Shown here: in pieces, positions 28,356 to 42,990 of the stretch
How the letters are laid out: every line of letters starts with the position of its first letter
Numbering within the stretch: the stretch's first letter is position 1
Notes under the pieces: generated by a model
Told to the model about the DNA's origin: nothing
The model's database searches: none
What the model saw: the letters and a program-made list of their open reading frames with translations, nothing else
Program-made: the position numbers and the translations under genes
DNA from: the human T2T-CHM13v2.0 reference genome, Homo sapiens
NCBI RefSeq assembly: GCF_009914755.1
Contig: NC_060927.1
DNA: 64,000 bases
Direction: 5' to 3' (one strand)

Positions 28356-29101
28356 TGTAATCACCTGGTGGGTTCTTGCTTGCTGTACAGATAAAACCAA
28401 TTCACTGAGACTGTGGTATTGCAATAAAGAAAGAGTTAATTAATGGTAGGCTAGCCATGCAGAAGAAAAAGTTATTACATCAGTCTCTTGGAAGGCTTGG
28501 AGGTTTGGGTTTTTGAAGGATGGTGTGATGAGTAGGGAAGTAGGGAATGGGGACTACTGATTAGTTGGGGATGCAATCACAAGGATGTAGAAAACAGTCC
28601 TCATGTGCTGAGTCCACCTCTGGGTGGGGACCACAGATGAACTGAGTCATGAGTCATAGTCTAGATGGGGTCAGTCAACTGCCAGAATGCAAACGTTTGA
28701 AAAGCATCTTGAAATATCAATCTTAGGTTCTACAATGGTCATGTTATATATAGGAACAATTGGGGAAGCCACAAATCTTACGATCTTTGGCCACATGTGT
28801 CCTGTCAGTTAGGGATTATAGAAACTATGCCTACATTTTAGCAGAGTTCAGGCCCATCCCATAATCCTAATCTCATGGCCTTTTATTAGTTTTCAGTCCT
28901 TTAGCAAGAACAGGGGTAGCTTTCGGGGGGATTATTATCATCTTTGCTTCCAGGTTAAACTACAAACTAAATTTCTCCCATGTTTTCCTCGGCCTATGCC
29001 CAGAAATGAGCAAAGATGGTCAGCCTGTGAGGCTAGAAGTAAGATGGAACCAGCCATGCTAGATTTCTCTCACTGTCATAATCTTTGCAAAGATAGTTTT
29101 A
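28356..29101 (-). mobile_element. Solo LTR8A/B-like ERV1 LTR
   Basis: tgtaatcacctggtgggttctt...ctgtcataatctttgcaaagatagtttta; 4-bp TSD ATAT (28352-28355, 29102-29105). Confidence 0.8.
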
Positions 29102-32100
29102 ATATCTCTCCTATTTTAGTGGAAACATTGGAAAATCCTTCAATTTTTTTTTTCACTTTCTCTACTTTGTGTACTAACCTCCTTCTTAACTAATATTTGG
29201 AAACTGATCCAGCTTCCTCTCATGCTTCTGATATTATCTAAGATAGGGTCCTATGAAGCAGAACTTTAAAATGAAATGGTAAAAGGCTAAGGTATGCTTT
29301 CCCATCTCTCCTTCATTGCTATCCCAATGCTGAGACTGAGCACATGCCAATTAGTGCATTCCCTTAGACTCTACCCTAAGGCCTCTAATCAAATGCCCAG
29401 GAAAACAAGATCCTCACATTTCTATTAAACTCAGAAAAAGTTTTTTCTTTCTCCAGTTCTTTCTGTCTACGAAGATTCCATCTTTCTCTACAGGAGTGTT
29501 TCTCTACATTTTTTATACATTGTCACTCAAGACATATGATCATGTTTGCATTGATAAAGTAAGGGCTGTAGGCACTGTCAAATTCCCAACTTATATATAC
29601 ACAATTCCAGCACTTTCTCTCTCACTTTTCAAAAACACATCAGACTGCAAGAAAGAAGTCACTTATTATAGAACTAACCTTAAATCCATTATAAGTTATT
29701 TTTTAAACATTGCATTAAAACATCGATAATTAAACTATCATTAATCAAAAGTAGTTGCTCTGTCTCTCATAGCTGGTTCTGACAAACAAGCTTACTGTAA
29801 TACTATGTATGAAGATAACTGAATCTATATGAAAAGGAAGAATTTGAGAGGCTCATAAAAAATTCTGTTTCCTCATTGTGAGTTGCAGTAAAAATTGATT
29901 TAAGCAGATAAAACTCAAAGAAAGCAAAACACCTCAGATAGTCCTTTTTGGTTTATTTTTGAAAAAGTGAAATAGGAAAAAAGAAACTGTTTCTAAGTAG
30001 ACTTGAGAGGGAACAAACCCAGATCATAATTCAAAGACAATGCTATCAGAAATCTTACATTCTAACTTATCCTTGGGTTGACAAGAAGAAATAAAAGAGA
30101 TAAGTGGCAAATGGCTACTGATGTGTTTCTAAGGCCCTATTATACCAGACACCCTCAGTTTGTAGCAATCATGCCTTTCAACTTGTCTTCCTCAACTCTA
30201 ACTCTCACAACTCCTGCATTAGCTTAAAGCTGATAAACTCTTTGTTCTAACTGCCCCTTAAGCAGAGGTAGAGTTGGAAGGGAAATTTCCTATCCAGCTG
30301 CAGCAAATATGGGGTGTGTTCCTGGCATTTTTAGAAAAATCAATAACTGTAGTTTCCAGAGAATTGTTGTTATACACAATACATACTTCTCATAATTTAT
30401 TCTATAATACTGGTATATTGTGGGTTAAATTTATTTCTTTAGTTGACCCCCAAGTATGGCACCATGGAAATCATTGTGAATCTAACAAACAGCCACCTGC
30501 AAAATATATTTTAGAATACAACTCACTGCAAGTTAGAAATTGCCTCGACATTTTTGTTTCATAAAGAAAACTTGTTTTGCAAAGTGGTGAAGACTGGGTA
30601 GTCAGTCTTGGATGCAATCCAAGTGCATTTATTTGGTGACATAATGGCAACTACCATAACAAAAGCCTTTTATAGGTAGTTTCTTCTACAAATTAGTCCT
30701 AAGTTGTGGCATTAGTGAGAAAAACACTCTTCGTTTTATCAGTTTTAATATGAATTCAAAAATTTAGAACCCCATGTACATCATGGCAAATGCTCCTAAT
30801 TATGAAGCTAATTGTCCCTGCAATACATTTTACTACTTTATTTTATTCAAAATCTTTTTCTTGGGTCCATCAAAGACAGCTAAAATTATGCACTCTTATG
30901 CATGGTATAATATTGGCAGTATATCATTCTTTATTAAGTTTTTGTCTTTATTTTGACAACTAGTTTTAAATGTTGGCCAAGTGATGACTTTTGCAACTAA
31001 TGTGAAACAGTTGCTGTGAGCTTTTTTAATTTGACAAGCTCATGTCTAAAATGTTAATAATTTTTCCAGATAGTAGAAAGTAAATAAAGTTGTATGCTAT
31101 CATAAGAAATATTCATATGTGGATAATGACACAAGAGGATAATTTTAAGGATATTTATAATGCGATGTGATGACAGTGACATAATATTTTTTATTTTTAT
31201 TACTGGCTTCAGTCACTATGTCTCTTATATTTGTAAGTACTAAATTCACAATTTTTTAGATATAAGAAATCAAGCTATGGGTAAATAATATTTTCATTTC
31301 CCTTGATATATAATAACATTTCCTTCAATAATTCAATTTATTGGAAGATATACTAAGGGCAAGCAAAGAACTTTTGGATTAATACAAATATTTTCTATTA
31401 TTTTCAGATATCTTCTTTTATTGTATGAAAAGTCCCCTCTCCTTTTTTTTTTCTTAAATTTGTTAATGCTCTTCTTTCTGTTTCATAGGAATAAATGTTT
31501 ATCCAGCTTTCCAAGGCTGACCCTATGTGTTTACCCTTTATTCTGAGTGAAGATATAAGTTTTAAACTTGATTATAACTTGGCTTAATATTTGAGCAAGC
31601 AATTTTACTGATGGTGGAACATTTAATTTTGCTGATTTAGGGCAATATCATCATTTCTAGAAAAAAAATCAGCCTTTTTATATAAATATTCCGTGATATT
31701 TATTTCTTGTTATTTGGGGAAGGATGTTTGTCTTATGGTTACTTTTCTCTTGACATGTGCTGATGATATAATTTATCTTCTATTTTCTTGTTCCTTCCTT
31801 ATCAACTTCATCCTTTACTCCCCAGATGCAGATTAACATAAAGATAATGAAATAAGCATCAGGTCCTCTCACTTCTCAGGCCCCGTCTAAGGTCCTGGGG
31901 GAGTCCTAGTTAAGTATTAAATGGTCAAATATATTTTTGTAGAATTTAGAAAAGTAAGATAGTTTAAGGTTACTGTGTCTTTTCATACTAAGAATAATGA
32001 CAAGCTCTTATAAAGAGTCCTGATATTTAACAAAGACCACAGAAGTAGAGGTGGAGAGAGAGACAGAATTGTGAGATATTTGGGAGATAGACTGATATCT

Positions 32101-32766
32101 CTATTCTCATGATCTATTTTCTAACCAGCTTGAACTTATCTGTACTTCCCAGGCATTACCTAGGTGTTTTCACCTCTGTGCCTTGACAGTTACATTTTCT
32201 CTCAGCCTGGAGTCTCTCTCATCCCTTGAAGTCCAGTTCTGATGCCAACTGGCATTTCTCTAGTGCTAAACACATAGTCAGCTCTTAGTGCATAGTGTTG
32301 ACTGCAGAAATTGAGCTAAGGCATGAGTCTTCACATGATTTTCTCTAAATCTGAAAACTTGGCTTTTTCCTTCTTTTCTTTTCTTGCTTTGGAGTGGGGA
32401 AGAGAATAGGACATTAGCCACAGCTTTTCTTAAGCAAAGGAAGCACTGTTCAGAGGAGACCCAGCATTACCCCTTGATTTTGATAAAGTCCAAAGGCCTC
32501 TGATCTTGCCCTTGGCATCACTGATTGTTTTGGAACCAGACCAAGTACAGGTGTAATTTTTGGAGGGAGTCAAATAAATAAAGGTGTGATTATGGTATGA
32601 GGATGAAGTACTCCCACAACATTTGCTCTTTGCCACATAGGAGTATGAAAAGAGTTAGAACTTAGAACAACTGACTTAAAATTCTGAGTATTCCACTTAC
32701 TAGCTGTTCTACCATGGGAAAAATATTTAACTTTTATGAGTTTTCTCCTTTGGAAAATAATGATAG

Positions 32767-33311
32767 TGTAGAGGTGGAGGGAGATTATCTTTTTTGCCTA
32801 CTGAAGGTTCACCGAAAATGAACTGACAAAAGGCAGATTAATATGAGAAAGGTGTACAAAATTTATTTAATGTGCATGGGAGAAAATCGCAGAAGTGTGG
32901 TTATCCAATAACCCAATGAAGCCCAGATGCTTATATACCCTTCTTTATAGGGGGAGATGTAAAATGGCGGTGATTTTTTTGAGGGGTAGTGATTATTAGG
33001 GAGAATGAATAGATCCTTAACTTGTAAATGATTCCCTTTGGAATTTGAATGAACTAGATGTTATCTTGTGAAAAAGTCTGTCCAGGTGTGGTTACATTCC
33101 TCAATCTTCTTTTCTGTGACAGATGATGAGATTTCAGGGAGGGGATAGAAGGCAACTGTGTTCTGTTTGGCAGGTGCAGTCTTAAGGTAGATAGGGGAAT
33201 ATCAGAGTAGAGTCTGTTCCAGCCTCTTCTGACTTTTAAGGGTCTTTAATTTAAAGCAATCATCATACAACGGTGCCATATTTAGGAGTGAGGTTCCCTG
33301 GGCTCCTTCAA
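32767..33311 (-). mobile_element. ERV1 MER4-group LTR inserted in a MIR (MIR pieces ~32650-32766 and ~33312-33415)
   Basis: tgtagagg...ctgaaggttcaccgaaaatgaactgacaaaaggcagattaat...ccatatttaggagtgagg...ctccttca; subfamily not determined. Confidence 0.65.
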
Positions 33312-34256
33312 TTGCATATTTCTATCTATTGGTTTTTTGGGGACTATAAAAAAGGAGTATATATCTAAATACCTTGTTCATGCTGTGCGTAATAGGAATT
33401 CTATGTAAGTTAGTTTTCTTCTTTCTTCTTCCACTTTTTACCTTCAGCATCTTTCTAAGTCAACATGTGATTCAAGCAACAAATTCATCCTGGTAGATTT
33501 TAATTAATTAAATTTATATTGTATAGATTACTTTGTATGTTCACATACACTATCCTAATTTGTCTTCTTACTGATGTAATGAGGTTAGCTGAGGAGTCAG
33601 AGAAGGTACCAACCAAAATGGGTGCACCCTTCATGCACATACACACACATACACACACACACATTTAGACATGTTGGTGTGCCCTAGATAATTATTATCC
33701 AATTTTTATGGATAAAAAAAACTGGGGTCCCAAAATTCAAGTTACTTACAAAAGCTGACAAGTCCCTTCTCTTTACACCGCTTCCTGTTTTTCACCTGTT
33801 TAACTCCTGTTTGTTCTGTTTGTCCTTCAAGGGTCACTCATGACAGTTTCTTCCCCTTTCCTGTCACTACCACCTCTGCCAGCCTGGGTGAGGTGCCCCT
33901 TGTCTTCTGTGCTCCCATTGTTTTCTGTACATGTTTATCATAGCCCTTATCACACTGTGTATACTTGTCCTCCAATTCACTGTATACTCCTTGATGAAAA
34001 AGAACGTTACTTTTTCATGGTCTTTTTGCACAGTGTTTTATATGCAGTATGTTAAACATTACCTGCTGAATGAAAGAGCAAAAGTTAATGGTGATTGGGA
34101 AATTGAAATTATTCAGGAGCATGTGTTAAAAAAATCTAAGGATTCTTTAGATGGAAAGAACCAGGATCTATTAATTTTTGTTTGTGAGGTAAGGGGTGTG
34201 TGTGTGTATGTGTACACACATGTGTGTAAAGACAAAGACTACTGTTTAATTATTGA

Positions 34257-35366
<1,110 letters not shown>

Positions 35367-35456
35367 TTGATACGGGAGACTGTATCAATTCTTTATAGTA
35401 CTTCTAAGCTAGTTTAATTGGTGTATACAGAATATGTCATGCTAAAATAGACATTG

Positions 35457-36005
35457 TGTAGGAACCAAGGCCTTTGGCCCTGTAAAGTTTCCCTGAAAAA
35501 TCAACTAACCAAAGACTGATTAATTAAAGAAAAGGCATAAAAACTTACTGTGTATACACAAGAGGTTTCAGAATGAAGAGTCAACTTCCCAAGGAGATAC
35601 AGAAGCTTATATGCCATCTTGAGGTTACAGAAAGAATAAGGGCTTAGATTCTCACAAAACCAGTTATGGGAAGTGGGAGAAGAGGAATTCTCTTGAGCGG
35701 CAATAAATGATTATTAGGAAGAATGAATGGATAGAGAACAGAGGTTAAATGATAAACAGTTCTCTTTGGAATCTGAATAAGCTTGTGAGGCATTATCTTG
35801 TAAGAGTTGGGTCAGATATGATTACATTCTTTGTCTTGTCTCTGCCATAGATAATGAGATTATAGGGAGGAGGAAAAAAAATTGTTGTCCTTGGTGGGCA
35901 GAGACTTAAGGCAGATAGGGGAACTTCAGACAACTTTACCCTGTGCTTTGGGAGAAACAGTAGGGAGTGGGAACATGCCAAGGGGACCTTGAGGCTTCTT
36001 CAATT
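35457..36005 (-). mobile_element. ERV1 MER4-group LTR, truncated
   Basis: tgtaggaacc...ctgaaaaatcaactaacc...gattaattaaagaaaaggcata; related to the LTR at 32767. Confidence 0.55.
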
Positions 36006-37753
36006 TTTCTGAGCAACAACAATTATAATCCTTGGAGAAAAATAAAAGTCACAAAAAATAGAGTAAATGTTATTTGTGGAAAGGGGAAGAGTCAAACTTA
36101 TCCTTTTGCTCTTCTAATGGTGCTTGACAAGAATGAATCATAGTAATAGGAAGGTAGACTCATCCTTCCTAAGCCATCAACAGAAAGGTGGCTTTCTTCC
36201 TCTTCCACAAGCAATTTTGCTTAAAAGAAGACAGGAAGGGAGTGGCTTCTTATATGGATATGGGGAAACTTTGATAAATGAATCTGATTCTAAGTGTGGG
36301 GAAGGGAGAAAAGTAGAGGAAGATTAAGTTCATATCCAAAATGACTCCTTATTTTTCTTGATTCTCTGTAGGCGCTTCTAGAGAGAGAGCTGGGCACTCT
36401 GTGGAGTTTCTTTATATGACCTGAGGCCTTACTCTAGTGGCACAGTTAATACTGGTGAGAATCACAATAGACTATATTTGCATTCATCCTGGGGACAGCT
36501 TTGAATTCACCCACACATTGTAATAAGTAGAACGTTTGCCCACAGATTTCACATTGCTCTAGTGTCTTAATGATCTTCCCCCAGTGCCTGTGATAGACTT
36601 AAACATAATAGAAGCCAATTTTGACTCGAATTCAATGTTCTCTGTAGGAGAGGATGACTGAAGTGTAATTATAATTCCTTTATACCAAATGTGTATGCAT
36701 TCTCCAGCATTTGATGGGATTCCTCCAAAATTTCCATCTCAAAATCAGCCCATCAGTAGAACAGTCACATGCTGCCCAGTTAATTATAATGGAATGTGAT
36801 GGTTTGGGGCTGTATTCCAAACAGAGCACCATGACATCTATACAAACAAGCTTCTGAAAAGCTAATAAGACAAGGGTCTTTGTGCTATTTCAAATGTTTT
36901 TATTTTGTTTTGTTTTTTCTCCTTATGTAAATATGCCAAAGATGGACTAACAAAAAATGTTGGTTATGTAGTTTTTTGTTACATATGTAGGCCATTTCAT
37001 TTCCCCTCATCTTCTCGGTCTCCTATGTACAGCTAGGAATAAAACTCACAGTTCTTCCAAGACTCAGAAGTTTAAAACATATTCTAGCACATGGTGGATT
37101 TAAAACATATTCACTGTTACTTTTAAAAATTACATTTTCCCAATATAAGTACCTTTTAGAAGAGTGCATAATGGACTTTGTAGTAAAGGCAATAATCAGT
37201 CTTTATGTTTATTTTGTGTCTCCTAAATCACAGACCTGAATAAAAGATGCTACATAGAAAACTGTATTTCATAAATTAAATTGATACTTTGTGGATTACT
37301 ATGTATGTTTAACATACATGTATGTGGAAGGGGATGGTTGAAGGTGTATTCCCCAAATAATACAACAGAGGGACTTTAACAGAGAAGGCAGGAGAAGTAT
37401 CAATCTGAATGGACACTATAAAAAATGTTGCTGGGCAACTTCCAGAGGTGCAGCAAGGATGGAAACACTTTTAAAGCACTAGAAATATTATAAAATGAGC
37501 AAAAGTATATTTGTGGACCTGGTCTGGTACAGGTAGAATATGAACATATGAAAATATTTTGATGAGCCACTTGGAGCTGAAGGTAAGATTGCAAGAGGTG
37601 GGCTTGAGTGGCAATAAATAATCAATACACTGCCTCTAAGGAAGGTGGGCCTGGTTAGCCAAAAAGTTTTTATTTTCTTTAATGAATGATGGTTTGAGAC
37701 TTTTTCGTCAAAGATGAATTTTTCAGGGAAATAGAAGACAAACTAAACATTAC

Positions 37754-38444
37754 TGTTAGAGTAGGCAGACAGACATGAGCAGGAAAGCGAGCTCCCAGGG
37801 GAGGAAGCTCTAGAAAGTCTTGCATCCCAGAGACCACCCCAAACATGCATGCTAACTGAGCAGAGAGGAAGGGAAATACCTATGGCAGAACAGAACACCC
37901 CTTAAGACACCCAGTAATTACTCATTCTATGATTGAGCTGGTCAGAATATAGCTAGCTACATGCTGATAAGAAGGGACAAGGGACAAAAGGAAAATTCCT
38001 GAAAGACGTGCAGGCACAATAAGTACAGATTTGACCACTATATGACCTTCCTGGGGTGGCAGTAATTAGCAACACTACCATTAGGTATGATTCATATTGA
38101 TCATCAGGCCCCACATATGCACATCTACTGACAGCAAGGGAGAATCCAACAAACCTGGGCAGGAACTTGGGGATAACAAAGGCGGAGACTTAAGACAGAA
38201 GCAGGAAACAAGAAAAAGGCAGAGACTTAAGATAGAGGTGGGAACTTAAAGAAAAAGTCTGACATAATAAAAACTTCAACACAGAACTCTCAGGACTGTT
38301 CCTAGCCACGTGAGCCTGCTCCTCTCTTGGAGTGTACCTTTATTTCCTTAATAAACCTTTTTGGCTCCTTTACTAATTGGTCTCTTGGCTGAATTATTTC
38401 CTTCAAGAAGACAAGAATCTAGGATCCTTCACTTCCTGGTAACA
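37754..38444 (+). mobile_element. Solo ERV1 LTR (MER50/LTR19/LTR23-like)
   Basis: TG...CA termini (tgttagagtaggcagacagacatgagcagg...cttcctggtaaca), ataaaa TATA-like element and AATAAA at ~38350. Confidence 0.75.
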
Positions 38445-38759
38445 CGAAGAAAGTGCTCTTTCCTCTATATCCCTCTCTCTCATTGTGCTCAGTATTATCT
38501 CTAAATAAATGTTGGATAAATACCTAAATAATTCCAGTTTGTTGGGGTTCAATATTATGCACTGGACTTACATTCTCACAAGTCCATTTCTCTAGCCCAG
38601 TGTATGCACAGTTTCAGCCAATTAAGGACTTAGGTTCTAGTTGCAGAGTGACACAGAAACAAATTATTTTCTCTTCAAATGAGTGTGCTTGTATAAAGAG
38701 ATTCAGAATCAGAAGTGTAAATAAATCCAAAAGAAGCATTAATATCCTCTTCTACTTCT

Positions 38760-39230
38760 GTACAGGTATTACAGGAACAGTCTGGTGAATTGTTGCCTTG
38801 GCTTATTAGTTTCAAAAGGCTTAAAAAAGTCTAATCTGAGATTCCTTATGAAAAAGTTCTAGCAAAGCCAATTTAAAAGGAGCCTATATGGGCAATCACT
38901 ATTTTTGTTGAACTTCATGCAAATAATCAGACTAAGTATCATAAAAGTCTAGAACTTATTTCACTGATAAATTGGTCTTATTCTGATTTCTCTTTTGGTA
39001 GAAAAGGGAAATGTGAGACAGAAGAAAAGTAGGTTTCAGAAGACAACTATAGTACACCTGTTGTTAAATTCTAGCCCTGACCATTGTTTTTGAGTTTTCA
39101 TTATTTTCTTACAATTTGGACTGAATCCTGAATTATTTCCTGCCATAGCAAGTCTGTAAAGAAGTGCCTCAGTGTAATTATAGTTTTTAGTTGACTTCTC
39201 AAAGGAATAGGTTTTTATCTCTCATTGTTT
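38760..39230 (-). mobile_element. MER4-group ERV internal fragment
   Basis: aaaagtctaatctgagattccttatgaaaaagttctagcaaagccaatttaaaaggagcctatatgg. Confidence 0.6.
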
Positions 39231-39328
39231 TATTTCTTCCAATAAAACAAAAATTATGAAATTTTGAAGACTAGAGATGATTAAAAAAATGACAACTGTT
39301 AAAAAATTCAGTGACTGTGGACTATTAA

Positions 39329-39668
<340 letters not shown>

Positions 39669-39786
39669 AAAAGTATCTATTACTCTAATCTCAGCAGAGG
39701 GCGATCATCAATGCTTCTATGGGAAGATTTTTAACCAACAGAGGGACATGAAAAAGAAAACTAGCTCAGAACAATCCGAGAATTAT

Positions 39787-40041
39787 GTGAGATACACAAA
39801 ATTTATCAGGCCCAGAGAAACATGAGTATGGGACTTTAGTTATGCCCTCTACACCCATGCCTGGGGACAATTGTTTAAAAACATTTCATTCCTGACTAGT
39901 TGCCTCAGCCATTATCTTATGTTTCCAGAATTTGTGATACAAAGAATAATGTATAGCCAATCAATAGCTTGTTGTTTTGATGTAAATTCTTAGTAAACAA
40001 CGTAGGAACTGCCCCTTCTTTTCCTTTAAAAATCCACTTGT
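39787..40041 (+). mobile_element. ERV1 LTR, 5' part (continues at 50413-50531)
   Basis: tgtgagatac...gtatagccaatcaatagcttg...cctttaaaaatccacttgt, resuming acttgtaac...aataaa...tttaggtcaaca at 50413. Confidence 0.75.
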
Positions 40042-41379
40042 CTAGGCCAGTGTCCAAAAGAGTTTTTCTCAGGTTTTCTTCTAGGATTTTTATAGTTTCA
40101 GATTTTACATTTAGGTCTTTAATCCATCTCGAGTTAATTTTTATGTATTGTGAGAGGTGTGTGTCAGTTTCATTCTTCTGCATGTGGCTATCCAATTTTC
40201 CCAGCACCATTTATTGAATATACACTGCCACTTCCCCAGTGTATATTGTTATTGACTTTGTTAAAGATCAGTTGGTTGTAGGTGTGTGGCTTTATGTCTG
40301 GGTTCTCTATTCTGTTCTGTTCACCTATGTGTCTACTTTTATATTAGTATCATCTTGTTTGGGTTACTGTAGCCTTGTAATATAATTTGAAGTCAGGTAA
40401 TGTGATGCCTCCAGCTTTGTTCTTTTTGCAGAGAATTGCTTTGGCTATTAGGCTCTTTTTGGTTCTATATGAATTTTAGCAATGCTTTTTCTAATTGTGT
40501 AAAAAATGACATTGGTAATTTTACAGAGATTGCATTGAATCTTAGATTGCTTTGGGCAGTATGGTCATTTTAATGATATTGATTCTTCCAATCATGAGCA
40601 TGGGATTTTTTTGTTTGTTTGTTTGTGTCATCTATGATTTCTTCAGTATTTTATAGTTCTTATAGAGATCTTTCACCTTGTTGGTTAAATATATTCCTAG
40701 GCATTTTACTTTTTTGGTAGCTTTGTAAATTGCCTTCTTGATTTGGTCCTCAGCTAGATTATTATTGGTGTATAAAAATGCTACTGATTTCTGTATGTTA
40801 ATTTTATATCATGAAACTTTACTGAATTCATTAATCAAATCTGAGAGTTTTTTTGGTGGAGTTTTTAGGGTTTTCTAGATATAGGATCATACTGTCAGCG
40901 AACAGAGAAAATTTGACTTTCTTTGTCCAATTTGGATGTTTCTTTTTTTCTTTTGCTTGATTTCTCTGGTCAGGACTCCTAGAACTATGTTGAATAAGAA
41001 TGGTGAAAATAGGCATCCTTGTCTTGTTCTAATTCTTAGAGGGAATGCTTTCAGCTTTTTCCATTAAGCATAATGTTGGCTGTGGGTTTGTCATACATGG
41101 TGTTTATTATGTTGAGGTATGCTCCTTCTATGCCTAGTTTGTTGAGGATTTTTATCATGAAGAAATGCTGAATTTTATTGAATGCTTTTTCTGCATCTGT
41201 TGAGATGATCATATGGTTTTTACGCTTAATTCTGTTTATGTTATGTGTCACGTTTGTTGATTTGTGTATGTTGAACCATCCTTGTATCCCTGGGATAAAT
41301 CCCAGCTGATCATAGTGTGTTATGTTTTTGATGTTCTATTGAATTATATTTGCTAATATTTTGTTGAGGATTTTTGCAT
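40042..41379 (-). mobile_element. Inverted 5' segment of an L1PB3/4-like element (ORF2 RT region)
   Basis: ORF2 remnants on the minus strand ([43 protein letters not shown]). Confidence 0.9.
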
Positions 41380-41842
41380 TCTCAAAAGTAAAAACAACAA
41401 AAATAGACAAATGAGACTTAATTAAACTAAAACCTTCTGCACAGCATAAGAAATAATCAACAGAGTAAACAGTCTACAAAATGGGAAAAAATATTTGCAA
41501 ATGATGCATCCAACAAAAGCTAATATCCAGAATTCACAAGGAAGTCAAACAACTTAACAGGAAAAGAACAAAGAACCCCATTAAAAACAAGCAAAGAACA
41601 TAAACAGACATTTTTCATTAGGAGACATACAATCGGCCAACAAATACATGAAAAAGTGCTTAACATCAATAAACATCAGAGAAATGCAAATTAAAACCAA
41701 AATTTGAGCCATCTTACACCAGTCAGAATGGCTATCATTAAAAAGTCTAAAAATAACAGATGTTGGTAAGGATGTGGAGAAAACGGAATGCTTACACAGT
41801 GTTGATGGGAATGTAAATTAGTATAACGTTTATGGAGAATGC
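41380..41842 (+). mobile_element. Sense segment of the same L1PB
   Basis: ctcaaaag...aaaatagacaaatgagacttaattaaactaaaacc; continues L1 about 20 nt after the point where the inverted part ends. Confidence 0.9.
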
Positions 41843-42186
41843 TGAAAGATTCTCCCCGGGGCCTGAAAGCTTGAAGGGATGAGTAACTCCTCCCTTCTCA
41901 GGCCCAGTCTCAAGGTGCAAGGCTACTTGCACCAGCAGCATATGCCAGCAAGATAGCAGAAGCAGGAAGAGAGCTGGCCGCAAGACACCTACTCTTGCTG
42001 GAAGACACATACCCCTGCAGATTGAAAAAGAGGCCGTCCAGGTACTACGTAGCAGTCGCGTCAGACTGGGACACTGCCTGTTTACAGGAGACCATAAAAC
42101 CCCTGCTCCATCCTCATTTGGTGCTGATGCCATTTTAGGCCTTAGCCCCCCTGCAGCCAGGTGCTCATTAAAACAACACGTTGCTG

Positions 42187-42492
<306 letters not shown>

Positions 42493-42572
42493 AAAAACAT
42501 GTTGCTCCACACCGCCTCGTGTTGTCTGTTGGCGCGCTCTCGGTGTTTGAACTGATACAAGAACCTTACATC

Positions 42573-42590
42573 TGGTGCTGAAACCTGGGA
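42573..42590 (+). other. Primer binding site, tRNA-Phe
   Basis: TGGTGCTGAAACCTGGGA vs TGGTGCCGAAACCCGGGA (two CpG transitions), 2 nt after the LTR end. Confidence 0.93.
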
Positions 42591-42990
42591 GGGGCTCAGG
42601 TCTGCGTCCCCTGTGGACCTACCCCTCCATCCTGGAGAGCAGGCCACAGCGGCAAGACAAAGGAAGCTCCTCAGCCTCCAGTCGCCTTTTCGTGCATGCA
42701 CATAGGTCACTGATCTCGCCTACTGATAAGTTTCCCAGGAACCCCATTAACAGGGAAAAATCCACATGGCCTCTCTTGGTTTCTCCGGTCCGAAAATCCA
42801 ATGTTGGTCCAAGAAGGCCCCGGCATGTACCAGGCACTCACTAGTCATTTGGTCTTAGGGGAACACCTCTAAGCCATTGATCCCTTTCCGGGAACGAAAA
42901 AGACAGCTGTGACAGTCACTCCTTTTATCGTCTCCCTCCGGCATCCAGGACTGTCTCCTTTAACCTGTTCTCTTGAGCCTACCCTCTGTT

